A stretch of 52,215 nucleotides of DNA, taken from positions 1 through 52,215 of the forward strand of contig CALMUD010000108.1 of the NCBI GenBank assembly GCA_937872735.1, read 5' to 3'. Made by a program: the position numbers and the translations under genes. Origin of the DNA: an uncultured Bacteroidales bacterium (lineage in GTDB: Bacteria > Bacteroidota > Bacteroidia > Bacteroidales > Paludibacteraceae). Of the stretch, positions 27,610-36,626 are shown in pieces (position 1 is the first letter of the stretch; each line of letters opens with the position of its first letter). Below the pieces are notes generated by a model that ran no database searches, was not told the DNA's origin, and saw only the letters and a list, made by a program, of their open reading frames with translations.

Positions 27610-28662
27610 ATGAAAAAGACAACAAGCATAGCAACAGCAGCCGTTTTGCTGCTTATCCTGATAGGAATAGGAGTCAGCCAGAAGAGCAAAAACAAGTCTG
27701 CAAAGGCTATTGCCGCCAGTGTCTACCTGCACGAAGAAGGACACGTACACGGCACCACTTACCATATAACATACGAGGCACCTAATGGAAAATCATTACA
27801 AACAGAATACGAAGCCGAATTTAAACAGTTTGATCTGTCTCTGTCCACATTCGAGCCACAATCAATCATCAGTCGAATCAATAAAAACGATTCCAACGTC
27901 AAGATTGACAACAACTTTCGCACCGTATTTGAGGAGGGAGAAAAGGTATCGGCAGCATCGGGAGGTGCCTTCGACATGACCGTGGCCCCATTGGTCAACG
28001 CTTGGGGATTCGGTTTTGACAAGAAAGACCACGTTACAGAATCTCAGGTGAAAGAGATTATGAAACATGTGGGATATCAAAAAGTGAAAATAGAAGGAGA
28101 CCATCTGATTAAATCTGACCCTGCCATCATGCTGGACGCCTCGGCCATAGCCAAAGGATATTCAAGCGATGTCGTGGCTCGCTTGTTGGAAAAGCATGGT
28201 GTGAAAAATTACATGGTGGAAATAGGAGGTGAATGTGTGGTGAAAGGACATAACCAGGAAGGTAAGAACTGGACTATCGGCATCACTAAGCCCGTAGATG
28301 ACAGTACACAGCAACAGAACGAATTACAACAAATAATAGAGATGAGCCACGGAGGTCTGGCAACTTCAGGCAATTACCGACAATTCTACTATAAGAACGG
28401 AAAAAAATTTGCTCACACCATCGACCCCCACACAGGCCATCCTGTCAACCATAGTCTGCTGAGCGCCACCATATATGCGCCTACTTGCATGGAGGCTGAT
28501 GCCTACGCCACCGCATGCATGGTACTAGGCATTGACAAAGCCATGTCGCTAATTGAAGCTCATCCCGAACTGGAAGGCTACTTCATTTTCAGTGATGCAA
28601 ACAACAAATATGATGTGAAATTCACATCTGGATTCAAAAATATGATAAAAAATAACCCTTAA
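27610..28662 (+). CDS. apbE: FAD:protein FMN transferase (ApbE family)
   Basis: 350 aa with an N-terminal signal/anchor. ApbE motifs GGAFDMTVAPLVNAWGFG, ASAIAKGY, EIGGE, GLATSGNY, HTIDPHTGHP. Confidence 0.88.
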   Translation: MKKTTSIATAAVLLLILIGIGVSQKSKNKSAKAIAASVYLHEEGHVHGTTYHITYEAPNGKSLQTEYEAEFKQFDLSLSTFEPQSIISRINKNDSNVKIDNNFRTVFEEGEKVSAASGGAFDMTVAPLVNAWGFGFDKKDHVTESQVKEIMKHVGYQKVKIEGDHLIKSDPAIMLDASAIAKGYSSDVVARLLEKHGVKNYMVEIGGECVVKGHNQEGKNWTIGITKPVDDSTQQQNELQQIIEMSHGGLATSGNYRQFYYKNGKKFAHTIDPHTGHPVNHSLLSATIYAPTCMEADAYATACMVLGIDKAMSLIEAHPELEGYFIFSDANNKYDVKFTSGFKNMIKNNP

Positions 28663-28674
28663 ATCAAACGCAAG

Positions 28675-29022
28675 ATGGATGACAAAAACATGGTCGCAAA
28701 AATAGAAGAATGCGTCATCAACAAACAGATAAAAGTGGCACTGCACCGCATTGAAGAAAATACGGACGGAGAAAAGACAAGCAGTGAAAAAATGACTTTT
28801 GACTTTCATTTTGACAGACCCATTGCAATAAGCATACTCAACGACAAGAAAGAAGAGATATACCACTCTGATATCACCCCAGAAAAGACAGAAAACAGAT
28901 GGGACAATTATGTGGTAAGGCTCATAATTTCAGGCTCAAAAACAGGCCATAAATACACCGTATCGGCCAACAGCACAGATAAGGCTTATGTGAAAAAATT
29001 CGGTTACGAATTGAGCAAATAA
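28675..29022 (+). CDS. Hypothetical small protein co-oriented with apbE
   Basis: 115-aa ORF 12 nt after the apbE stop, followed by a strong terminator. No recognisable domain. Confidence 0.45.
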   Translation: MDDKNMVAKIEECVINKQIKVALHRIEENTDGEKTSSEKMTFDFHFDRPIAISILNDKKEEIYHSDITPEKTENRWDNYVVRLIISGSKTGHKYTVSANSTDKAYVKKFGYELSK

Positions 29023-29046
29023 CCAATCAAGGCAAACATCAAAAAC

Positions 29047-29084
29047 AACAGGGGCTGCACCATATCGTGGATGCAGCCCCTGTT
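29047..29084. terminator. Bidirectional intrinsic terminator between the apbE unit (+) and dnaJ (-)
   Basis: aacaggggctgca-ccatatcgtgga-tgcagcccctgtt has perfect 13-nt GC-rich arms. A T-run (attttta) follows on the plus strand and an A-run precedes it. Confidence 0.75.
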
Positions 29085-29105
29085 ATTTTTATTCGTTCTA
29101 AGATT

Positions 29106-30299
29106 TTATTCGCACATCGATTTAAAATGTTCCTTAAAGGCATCTTTTGCCTCTTGTGTCGGGGTGAAACTATCCGATGTTTCCATTTTTTCAAAGATTT
29201 TCTTCTCATCCTTGGTCAATGTCTCTGGTATATATACTCCAATATGCACAAGCAGGTCACCCGTACCATAGTGCTGCACATTCGGTAATCCTTTGCCTTT
29301 CAGTCGGAGTATTTTGTTAGGCTGGGTTCCTGGCTCTATTTTTATCTTGGCCTTGCCTTCAATGGTAGGAATTTCAATAGTTCCACCCAGCACTGCCGTA
29401 TAAACCGGAATCAAGGCATTATAAATAATATCATCCTCATCACGTATCAGATCATTATCTGGCTCCTCCTCTATCACAACCAGCAAGTCGCCAGGTTCTC
29501 CGCCATGTCGTGGTGCATTACCCTTTCCACGGACCGTAAGTTGCATTCCGCTCTGCACACCTGCTGGCACATTGAACGACACCACATCATCCTGCTTTAC
29601 TATTCCATCTCCATTACACTTGGCACATTTCTTGGTAATGATTTTTCCGTCACCACCACAGGCAGGACAAACCGTCTGTGTCTGCATGGCACCAAGAATG
29701 GTACGTTGTACGCGTGTTATATAGCCAGATCCATGACACTGCGAACAAGTGCTGAAACTGTTGTCCTGAGCCCCAGTGCCTTTGCAATCGGGACAGGACA
29801 CATAATGTGGCACTTTCAACTTCTTTTCACAACCCTTGGCAATCTCCTGCAACGACAGTTTGATACGGGCACGGATACTGGAACCCTGTCGGCTGGCCGT
29901 ACGTCCACCACCAGCGTTGCCACCACCAAAGCCGCCAAATCCACTGAAGCCACCAAATCCACCTCCTGAGCCACCTCCAAAAAAGTCGCCAAACACCTGA
30001 GAAAAAATATCTTCGGCCGAAGCTCCACTGAAGCCACCAAAGCCACCCGCCGAGCCATCCACGCCTGCCTTGCCAAACTGGTCATAACGCTGGCGTTTCT
30101 GTGCATCACTAAGCACACTATAGGCCTCCGCTACCTCCTTGAATTTCTCCTCTGCCTCTTTTTTTTCAGCATCCGATTTGCCAACTTGACGGTCGGGATG
30201 ATATTTGACGGCAAGCTTGCGGTAAGCCGATTTTATCTCTGCATCGGTCGCCGTTTTACTTACGCCCAGTATATCGTAATAATCATTATTCGAAGCCAT
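29106..30299 (-). CDS. dnaJ: Molecular chaperone DnaJ
   Basis: J domain (DYYDILGV...KYHPDR), a G/F-rich linker, and four CxxCxGxG zinc-finger repeats. 397 aa. Confidence 0.95.
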   Translation of the reverse strand: MASNNDYYDILGVSKTATDAEIKSAYRKLAVKYHPDRQVGKSDAEKKEAEEKFKEVAEAYSVLSDAQKRQRYDQFGKAGVDGSAGGFGGFSGASAEDIFSQVFGDFFGGGSGGGFGGFSGFGGFGGGNAGGGRTASRQGSSIRARIKLSLQEIAKGCEKKLKVPHYVSCPDCKGTGAQDNSFSTCSQCHGSGYITRVQRTILGAMQTQTVCPACGGDGKIITKKCAKCNGDGIVKQDDVVSFNVPAGVQSGMQLTVRGKGNAPRHGGEPGDLLVVIEEEPDNDLIRDEDDIIYNALIPVYTAVLGGTIEIPTIEGKAKIKIEPGTQPNKILRLKGKGLPNVQHYGTGDLLVHIGVYIPETLTKDEKKIFEKMETSDSFTPTQEAKDAFKEHFKSMCE

Positions 30300-30342
30300 A
30301 ATATTTAAATTTTATTAATCCTGCATAAAACGGGCGATCAGC

Positions 30343-31008
30343 CTACTTGGCCACCACAACCTTGGCAAATCTGATAACTTTGTCATTAAGTGTATAGCCT
30401 TTCTGCGTACAATCAATCACCACATCCTTTTTATCGGGTGTCGGTGCTGGCATCTGGGCTATTGCCTCATGCAGCTCCGTATCAAATTTCTGGTCTTTGG
30501 CTTCTATGGGCTTCACGCCATTTTGTGACAAGAAAGCTGTGAACTTATTATGTATAAGCTCCACACCCTCTTTCACGCCATCAATGGCATCGGCCTTGTC
30601 AATAGACTGCAAAGCGCGCTCCACATCATCTATAAGAGGAAGCATATTTACAAAAATGCTTTCTCCCGCTGATTTTATCAGGTCACTCTTCTCTTTCAGC
30701 GTCCGTTTCTTGTAATTCTGGAAATCAGCATAAAGGAGCAGATAATCGTTATGCATTTTGTCTATTTTGGCCTGAAGCTCTGCCAATTTGGCAGAATCCG
30801 CATTGTCAGCAGCCGCATTGTCAACTGGCTGAGCATCGGAATCTGGGACATCAACAGTCTCTTCCGCTGGTTTATCGTCAACAGTTGCCTGATCGGCTTT
30901 AGCTGTTGCTTTTGTCTGATCTTCCGCGGCTTCTGCTGTCTGTTGTTCCTTATCCTCCACTTCGGATGCTACATTTTGCTGCTGCTTATCTTCCTCTTTT
31001 TCGCTCAT
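30343..31008 (-). CDS. grpE: Nucleotide exchange factor GrpE
   Basis: The GrpE core includes YLLLYADFQNYKKR... and ...GYTLNDKVIRFAKVVV, preceded by an acidic low-complexity N-terminus. Start chosen at ATG 31008 (MSEKEED...). Directly upstream of dnaJ. Confidence 0.9.
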   Translation of the reverse strand: MSEKEEDKQQQNVASEVEDKEQQTAEAAEDQTKATAKADQATVDDKPAEETVDVPDSDAQPVDNAAADNADSAKLAELQAKIDKMHNDYLLLYADFQNYKKRTLKEKSDLIKSAGESIFVNMLPLIDDVERALQSIDKADAIDGVKEGVELIHNKFTAFLSQNGVKPIEAKDQKFDTELHEAIAQMPAPTPDKKDVVIDCTQKGYTLNDKVIRFAKVVVAK

Positions 31009-31252
31009 ATTATATCTATTTTTTATTATCTGACTTATAAAGCGGGCACAACCCTCACCCCTTAAATACAAAAGTCTTGCCAAGTATAAACGATATGACT
31101 TCTTGGCAGAAACCCGTCAAAAATCTGACAAAAAAGCACATCGATAAAAGAATCTCTTCCCATCTCTCTTTCTACATCAAACAAATAAAAGAGAATGACA
31201 GATGATATAGTAACAAAAAAAAGTTTGCTATCTTTACAAAATAGAGAAATAA

Positions 31253-32032
31253 ATGAAAAATAATATGGATTATCAGAAAGACATTCTTTATCTTGACATA
31301 GAGACAGCGCCCATGGAGGGATTGGTAAATGGGAATGATGAAACATTCGGACATTTGTGGGAAGAAAAAGTGGAAAAAATGAAGAAATATGCTCCACAGG
31401 ATTACCCCGATGACATGAGCGAAGAAGACAAAGTGCAGACAGCTGGACTATACGCTGAATTTGGACGGGTGGTCTGCATCTCATTCGGCGCTTTTTACGA
31501 GAGTAAAGACACCCATGAAACTCGTTTTTGCGTCAGTTCCATTTATGGCACCGATGAGAAACAGATGCTACAACAATTTGCCAATCTATTGGATAAGAAC
31601 AAATTGACCTACAGGAAACTTTGTGGGCACAATGCCAAGGACTTTGACATTCCCTACCTGATTCGCCGTATGCTGATTTACCAGATAAAGCTGCCCCAAA
31701 TACTGCAACTTACTGACAAAAAGCCTTGGGAAACGCCCATCGTCGACACCATGGAACTTTGGAAATGCGGTGCCACCCGATATAGTGCACAACTGAAACT
31801 GCTATGCGCAGTGTTCGGCATTCCCACCCCAAAAGACGACATTGACGGCTCGGAAGTTGCCAACGTGTTCTATCACGAAAAGGATTACAAACGTATTTCG
31901 GTTTACTGCGAAAAGGATGTGGTAGCTACCATGCAGGTACACTTGCATCTGCTTGGATATAACTCACTACCAGAAAACAGCATAGTGCATGTAGGTACGA
32001 ACCCGATACAATCAGCTACCGACAAACAATAA
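31253..32032 (+). CDS. DEDDy-type 3'-5' exonuclease (PolB-exonuclease-like, RNase H fold)
   Basis: Exo motifs: I YLDIETAP, II GHNAKDFDIPYL, III YCEKDVVAT. 259 aa. Confidence 0.75.
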   Translation: MKNNMDYQKDILYLDIETAPMEGLVNGNDETFGHLWEEKVEKMKKYAPQDYPDDMSEEDKVQTAGLYAEFGRVVCISFGAFYESKDTHETRFCVSSIYGTDEKQMLQQFANLLDKNKLTYRKLCGHNAKDFDIPYLIRRMLIYQIKLPQILQLTDKKPWETPIVDTMELWKCGATRYSAQLKLLCAVFGIPTPKDDIDGSEVANVFYHEKDYKRISVYCEKDVVATMQVHLHLLGYNSLPENSIVHVGTNPIQSATDKQ

Positions 32033-32038
32033 CAAAAT

Positions 32039-32929
32039 ATGAATTTCACACCTTTCAACACTGACAATATTGCCGAGGTGAAAAGAATGCTGGATAAACA
32101 GACATTCAGAACCTGCGACTACACCATCGGAGGCATATATATGTGGGCAAATTATTTTCACTACGAATATCTGACAGAGAACGATACGCTGTATATGAGA
32201 GGCACTGACACAGAGACAGGCTTACATGCCTATTTTCTGCCAATCGGCACACTTCCATACAGTAAAAGCCTGCCCCGTCTGCAACAAATATGTATAGAGG
32301 CTGGAGACCCACATCTACACTTGACGCTGATACCCGAAAGTGAATTAGGAAAAATGGACATCGACACCAGCAAGGCTGTGCCTCGTGACACATGGGCTGA
32401 CTATTTGTACGAAAGCGACAAACTGGCCACATTGGAGGGACATAAACTCAACAAAAAAAGGAATCATGTCAACCGGTTTACCCGTGACCACTCCGACTTT
32501 TCATTTGAAAATATTGACCAATCCAACATTTTATCGATAAGGAAATTTTTGGTCGATACTTGGGAAAAAGAAGTTATAAAAACAGGAAACTATTTTGAAG
32601 CGGAAAAAGAAGGAACCCTGCTAGTGCTGGACAATTACGATAAATATCCCTTTTTCGGGGGGGCATTGAAATGTGACAATAAAATAATTGCATTCACCGT
32701 AGGAGAAATTATCAATGACACGCTATATGTACACATTGAGAAAGCTCTGAGTGAATATTCGGGCTCTTACGAAATGATAAATTTTCTGTTCGCTAAAGAA
32801 ATGCAGACCAATCATCCCGAGTTGAAATGGATAAACCGGGAGGATGACGGGGGCGATGACGGGTTGCGAGAAGCTAAAATGAGCTACAATCCCGCAATTC
32901 TGCTGAAAAAATATGATTTGAAAATATGA
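32039..32929 (+). CDS. Stand-alone DUF2156 protein (MprF C-terminal / aminoacyl-tRNA transferase-like fold)
   Basis: 296 aa. Family hallmarks DYLYESDKLATLEGHKLNKKRNHVNRF, FTVGE...HIEKA, and INREDDGGDDGLREAKMSYNP at the C-terminus. Confidence 0.75.
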   Translation: MNFTPFNTDNIAEVKRMLDKQTFRTCDYTIGGIYMWANYFHYEYLTENDTLYMRGTDTETGLHAYFLPIGTLPYSKSLPRLQQICIEAGDPHLHLTLIPESELGKMDIDTSKAVPRDTWADYLYESDKLATLEGHKLNKKRNHVNRFTRDHSDFSFENIDQSNILSIRKFLVDTWEKEVIKTGNYFEAEKEGTLLVLDNYDKYPFFGGALKCDNKIIAFTVGEIINDTLYVHIEKALSEYSGSYEMINFLFAKEMQTNHPELKWINREDDGGDDGLREAKMSYNPAILLKKYDLKI

Positions 32930-34047
32930 GAAAAAAAAGTGAGTACGAACAAGAAGCCAAAACGCTTTGGAAAACTTGCTTTGACGACAGCCAAGACTTC
33001 ATTGACTTCTACTTTGACCACAAATCAAATATTGATAGCCTGCGGTTTTTGGCTAACCTCAAAAGCAACAAACTGGAGAGTTCCATGCTGCTGATACCCT
33101 ACTCCATGACCTACTTTGGTGAAAACATAAAAACCAAATATGTGTCGGGAGCAGGAACTGAACCTGACTACCGAAAAAAAGGCTGCATGGATCTGTTACT
33201 ACGCAAATGTATCAAGGAGATGTACATAAATGGCACCGACCTATGCACACTGATTCCTGCCAACAGAAAATTATTCGATTATTATCAAAAGACCAATTTT
33301 GCTACTCTCTTCAAAAAAGAATATGTGGAATATGATAATAAATTTGGATTCAAGGCATACGACATTAAAATAAAGGAGATAGAACTGGCATGTCCTAAGG
33401 AGGATATGCCTAACACACGAGAGGGGGTTGTCAGAGAACAACGAAAGGCAAAACTGAAAGACTGGCTCTTTCCTTTTATGAAAAAGGGAATGAAACAATG
33501 CCAATTCGGCATACAACACACCAACAGCGACTATGAGGAAATAATTGCAGACTTGCTTGTCGACAACGGGAAAGTGATAACCGCCTTCAAAAATGGAGAA
33601 CTTAAATCGGTGGCACTGGCCTATTGCTGCAATGATAATACCTGTTATAGTATTGAGGAAATAATAAATCCCAGCTGTACAATGGACTATGAATTGTGCA
33701 TAGTCAACTACCTGATACAAAATTCACATATAAAAACAGTGAGAGTCCGGCAGCATAACACAAACAAGGGGGAGGATTATGGAATGGGACGGATTATCAA
33801 TCTGACACACTTGTTGAAAATATACGCCCGCCACAATCCCGAAATGGAATTGAGTATGAATGTTTATGACCCAATAATAGACGAGAACTGTGGACAATAC
33901 TATATCAGCAAGGGGAAAATGACAAAAAAGGGAATACCCTGCAAACCGATAAAAGAAGTAGACATCACACAATTGGTAAACATACTGATTCATGATGAGA
34001 AAAAGCCAAAAGAAGCAGCCTACATGAGTCTGATGATGGAAAATTGA
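32926..34047 (+). CDS. Eis-like GNAT family N-acetyltransferase
   Basis: 373 aa. Acetyl-CoA-binding-type segment GAGTEPDYRKKGCMDLLLRKCIKEM, then a long C-terminal extension as in Eis-type enzymes. The ATG overlaps the upstream stop (ATGA at 32926-32929). Confidence 0.65.
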   Translation: MRKKSEYEQEAKTLWKTCFDDSQDFIDFYFDHKSNIDSLRFLANLKSNKLESSMLLIPYSMTYFGENIKTKYVSGAGTEPDYRKKGCMDLLLRKCIKEMYINGTDLCTLIPANRKLFDYYQKTNFATLFKKEYVEYDNKFGFKAYDIKIKEIELACPKEDMPNTREGVVREQRKAKLKDWLFPFMKKGMKQCQFGIQHTNSDYEEIIADLLVDNGKVITAFKNGELKSVALAYCCNDNTCYSIEEIINPSCTMDYELCIVNYLIQNSHIKTVRVRQHNTNKGEDYGMGRIINLTHLLKIYARHNPEMELSMNVYDPIIDENCGQYYISKGKMTKKGIPCKPIKEVDITQLVNILIHDEKKPKEAAYMSLMMEN

Positions 34048-34130
34048 AAAATCAGAATAAAAAAATTGGATAAAGTCGCCAACTCAAACATAAGTTGGGC
34101 AATAAAATTGTAATGTTCGAGGTATTTTTC

Positions 34131-34138
34131 TAAATTTG
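34131..34138 (+). promoter_or_regulatory. Candidate -7 element (TAAATTTG) for the flavin reductase gene
   Basis: TAnnTTTG match 31 nt upstream of ATG 34169. Confidence 0.35.
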
Positions 34139-34168
34139 TAGCATTGTTTTTCCCTAAAAAAGGATAGA

Positions 34169-34678
34169 ATGAACAAGTACAGAGAGATAAAAGCGACTGA
34201 ACTGAATGAGAATGTATTTGACCTGATTGGTCATCAATGGATGCTGGTAACCGCTGGCAGCAAGGACAAATACAATACAATGACCGCAAGCTGGGGAGCC
34301 ATGGGAATATTGTTCAATAAACCCATAGCCATCATTTTCATACGTCCTCAACGGTACACATTCGGATTTTTGGAAAAAAATGATACTTTCACCTTGTCTG
34401 TATTGCCAGAAACGTATAGAAAGGCTCTTAACATCTGCGGTTCAAAATCGGGAAAGGATTGCGACAAAATAAAAGAAGCTGGACTGACACCATTGAGCAC
34501 AGAACTAGGGAATATGGCATTTGAAGAAGCTCGCCTGATATTGGAGTGTAAAAAGATTTATGGCCAGTTTCTGGACCCCAAAGCCTTTTATGACCAAAGT
34601 CTTATTCCCGCAAATTTTCCCAAAAACGACTTTCACAAAGTCTACATTGCTGAAATCTCTAAAGTTTGGACGAAGTAA
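34169..34678 (+). CDS. Flavin reductase-like (FMN-binding split-barrel) protein
   Basis: 169 aa with MLVTAG....YNTMTASWGAMG....P.A.IFIRPQRYT and ...F.LSV, typical of the flavin reductase family. Confidence 0.7.
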   Translation: MNKYREIKATELNENVFDLIGHQWMLVTAGSKDKYNTMTASWGAMGILFNKPIAIIFIRPQRYTFGFLEKNDTFTLSVLPETYRKALNICGSKSGKDCDKIKEAGLTPLSTELGNMAFEEARLILECKKIYGQFLDPKAFYDQSLIPANFPKNDFHKVYIAEISKVWTK

Positions 34679-34716
34679 GCAACAATATCATTAACAGAAA
34701 CACAAAAAGAAAGTCC

Positions 34717-35646
34717 ATGACGATTGATGTAATCATACCGACCTGCAACCCCGACGAAAAACTGGGTCTATTGTTGGGCAATTTACAGCGCCAAAGCATA
34801 CCACCCCACAAGATATACATCATCAATACGCTGACAGCAGGCCATACGGCTGAAGATTTCAATGCACAATATCAAATTGCCGACAATATAGAAATACGTC
34901 ACATACAGAGTGAGGATTTTGACCATGGCACCACTCGCAACGATGGAGCCAGAATGTCTGATGCTGATTTGATATTGTTTATCACGCAAGATGCGATTCC
35001 GGCAGACGACCATTTATTGGAGAACCTTTCAAAAAATATCAAAGAGGATGTTGTGATTGCTTTTGGACGTCAGGTGGCTGACTCCGAAATGCCAATAGAA
35101 CGGCTATCACGCAACTTCAATTATCCTCCCGTTGGATATGTCAAAAGTGCTAAAGATAAAGCCGTAATGGGCATTAAAGTCTGTTTCTGTTCTAATGTCT
35201 GTGCCATGTATAGGCGTTCCACTTTTTGGGAATTAAACGGATTTCCTACCCACAATATCTTCAATGAGGATATGCAATTTGCCTATAAGGTGATTTCATC
35301 GGGCTACAGCATAGCATATGCTGCCGATGCCATGGTTTTACACTCTCACAACTATTCCTTGAAAAAAATATTTCAACGATACTTTGACCAAGGCGTATCA
35401 CAGAAACAAAATGAACAAATGTTCAATCAGTTCTCTTCAATGAACGAGGGTAAAGCCCAAGCCAAGTATATTATAAAAGGACTATCAAAGGAAAAACGCT
35501 ATAGCCTAATCTTTCTCTTTGTAATGCAGAGCCTTGCCAAACTATGCGGATTCTTCATGGGCAAACACTATAATCTAATGCCTCACGGTCTACGTAAAGC
35601 CTTGAGCATGAACAAATATTACTGGAAAATCAGTAGTGTAAAATAA
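34717..35646 (+). CDS. Family 2 glycosyltransferase (rhamnosyltransferase-like)
   Basis: Start at ATG 34717 (MTIDVIIPTCNPDEK...). GT-A signatures IIPTCN, FITQDAIP (DxD-like) and a C-terminal amphipathic region. Confidence 0.7.
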   Translation: MTIDVIIPTCNPDEKLGLLLGNLQRQSIPPHKIYIINTLTAGHTAEDFNAQYQIADNIEIRHIQSEDFDHGTTRNDGARMSDADLILFITQDAIPADDHLLENLSKNIKEDVVIAFGRQVADSEMPIERLSRNFNYPPVGYVKSAKDKAVMGIKVCFCSNVCAMYRRSTFWELNGFPTHNIFNEDMQFAYKVISSGYSIAYAADAMVLHSHNYSLKKIFQRYFDQGVSQKQNEQMFNQFSSMNEGKAQAKYIIKGLSKEKRYSLIFLFVMQSLAKLCGFFMGKHYNLMPHGLRKALSMNKYYWKISSVK

Positions 35647-36547
35647 GCCTTTTACCTACGGGAACCCAGTTGCCCGTCACGTGATTCATTTCCTTGAACA
35701 CATCCAAATTCATCGCATATAACTGTGAGATGGAGAGCATGGTCTCACCCGACTGCACATAATGATATTTTGTGGCAAAATATCGCCGCTGTTTAGGCTG
35801 AAGATAGACGATTTCTCCTTCTTTCAACACATAATTGTCGGGAAAGTTATTGTACGCTTTGACTTGCTGCACCGTCAAGCCCGCCTGTTTGGCTATACCG
35901 AAAAAGGTGGTACCTTTCTGCACCGATACACATTTCACACCATTTATCATACCATTGACACACTGAGGCGGAAAATTATCAGGAAAAACCGGTTTATCGG
36001 AAACAGACGCACGTGGCAAATATTTCTCCGGATTTCGGTCATACTCATACAGTTTATTCACTTCTATTATTTCTATCAGCTGATCGGCATAATGAGGATT
36101 GGTAGCATATCCCGATTTTTTGAGTCCTAAAGCCCACGACTTATAGTCAGACATGGACAGAGCAAACAGATTGGTGTAAGCCGGTCGCGAACAAAGAAAC
36201 AACGAATGGTCGTAATAAGAAGCATCAGCTGACGAATAAACACGAAAACATTCCTGCTTCGTCTCATCATCCTGATAATAGGTAGGACCATTGTAACCAT
36301 CCTTACATTTAATGCCAAAATGATTGTTGGCATGGCTCACCAACGGACTTCGTCCGCTACCACTCTCCAATACACCTTGAGCAAGCGTGATACTGGCTGG
36401 TATATGATATATATACATATTACGGATGGCCAGTTTGTAATACCGCTGGATATATGCCGTCGTCTCGTCTGACAAATACTTGGATTGTGCAGAAAGAAAC
36501 CATAACGGGTAGAAAAGAAGCAATAGAAAAGAAAGAATGAATCTCAT
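35630..36547 (-). CDS. Peptidoglycan hydrolase: GH73 N-acetylglucosaminidase domain plus two LysM domains
   Basis: Has a signal peptide. GH73 segment ITLAQGVLESGSGRSPLVSHANNHFGIK. Two LysM-like repeats (VSVQKGTTFFGIAKQAGLTVQQVKAYN and HYVQSGETMLSISQLYAMNLDVFKEMN). The 3' end overlaps the convergent GT2 gene by 17 nt. Confidence 0.8.
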   Translation of the reverse strand: MRFILSFLLLLFYPLWFLSAQSKYLSDETTAYIQRYYKLAIRNMYIYHIPASITLAQGVLESGSGRSPLVSHANNHFGIKCKDGYNGPTYYQDDETKQECFRVYSSADASYYDHSLFLCSRPAYTNLFALSMSDYKSWALGLKKSGYATNPHYADQLIEIIEVNKLYEYDRNPEKYLPRASVSDKPVFPDNFPPQCVNGMINGVKCVSVQKGTTFFGIAKQAGLTVQQVKAYNNFPDNYVLKEGEIVYLQPKQRRYFATKYHYVQSGETMLSISQLYAMNLDVFKEMNHVTGNWVPVGKRLILHY

Positions 36548-36564
36548 GATTTATATATAAAAAA

Positions 36565-36589
36565 GGTCGTGCAGAGAAACCGCACGACC
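36565..36589 (-). terminator. Intrinsic terminator of rluB
   Basis: ggtcgtgc-agagaaacc-gcacgacc forms the stem-loop and is followed on the minus strand by a T-run (tttttt). Confidence 0.6.
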
Positions 36590-36626
36590 CTTTATGATTA
36601 ATGAGACGAAAATCGGAATCCTCCAA

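Noticed and set aside
31009-31252. Searched the dnaJ/grpE upstream region for a CIRCE (TTAGCACTC-N9-GAGTGCTAA) heat-shock operator. Also noted a 7-bp inverted repeat tgccaag...cttggca, and the 140-aa minus-strand ORF 31062-31484.
   Set aside because: No CIRCE-like sequence is present. The short inverted repeat is weak. The 140-aa ORF overlaps the exonuclease start and has no coding-like features.
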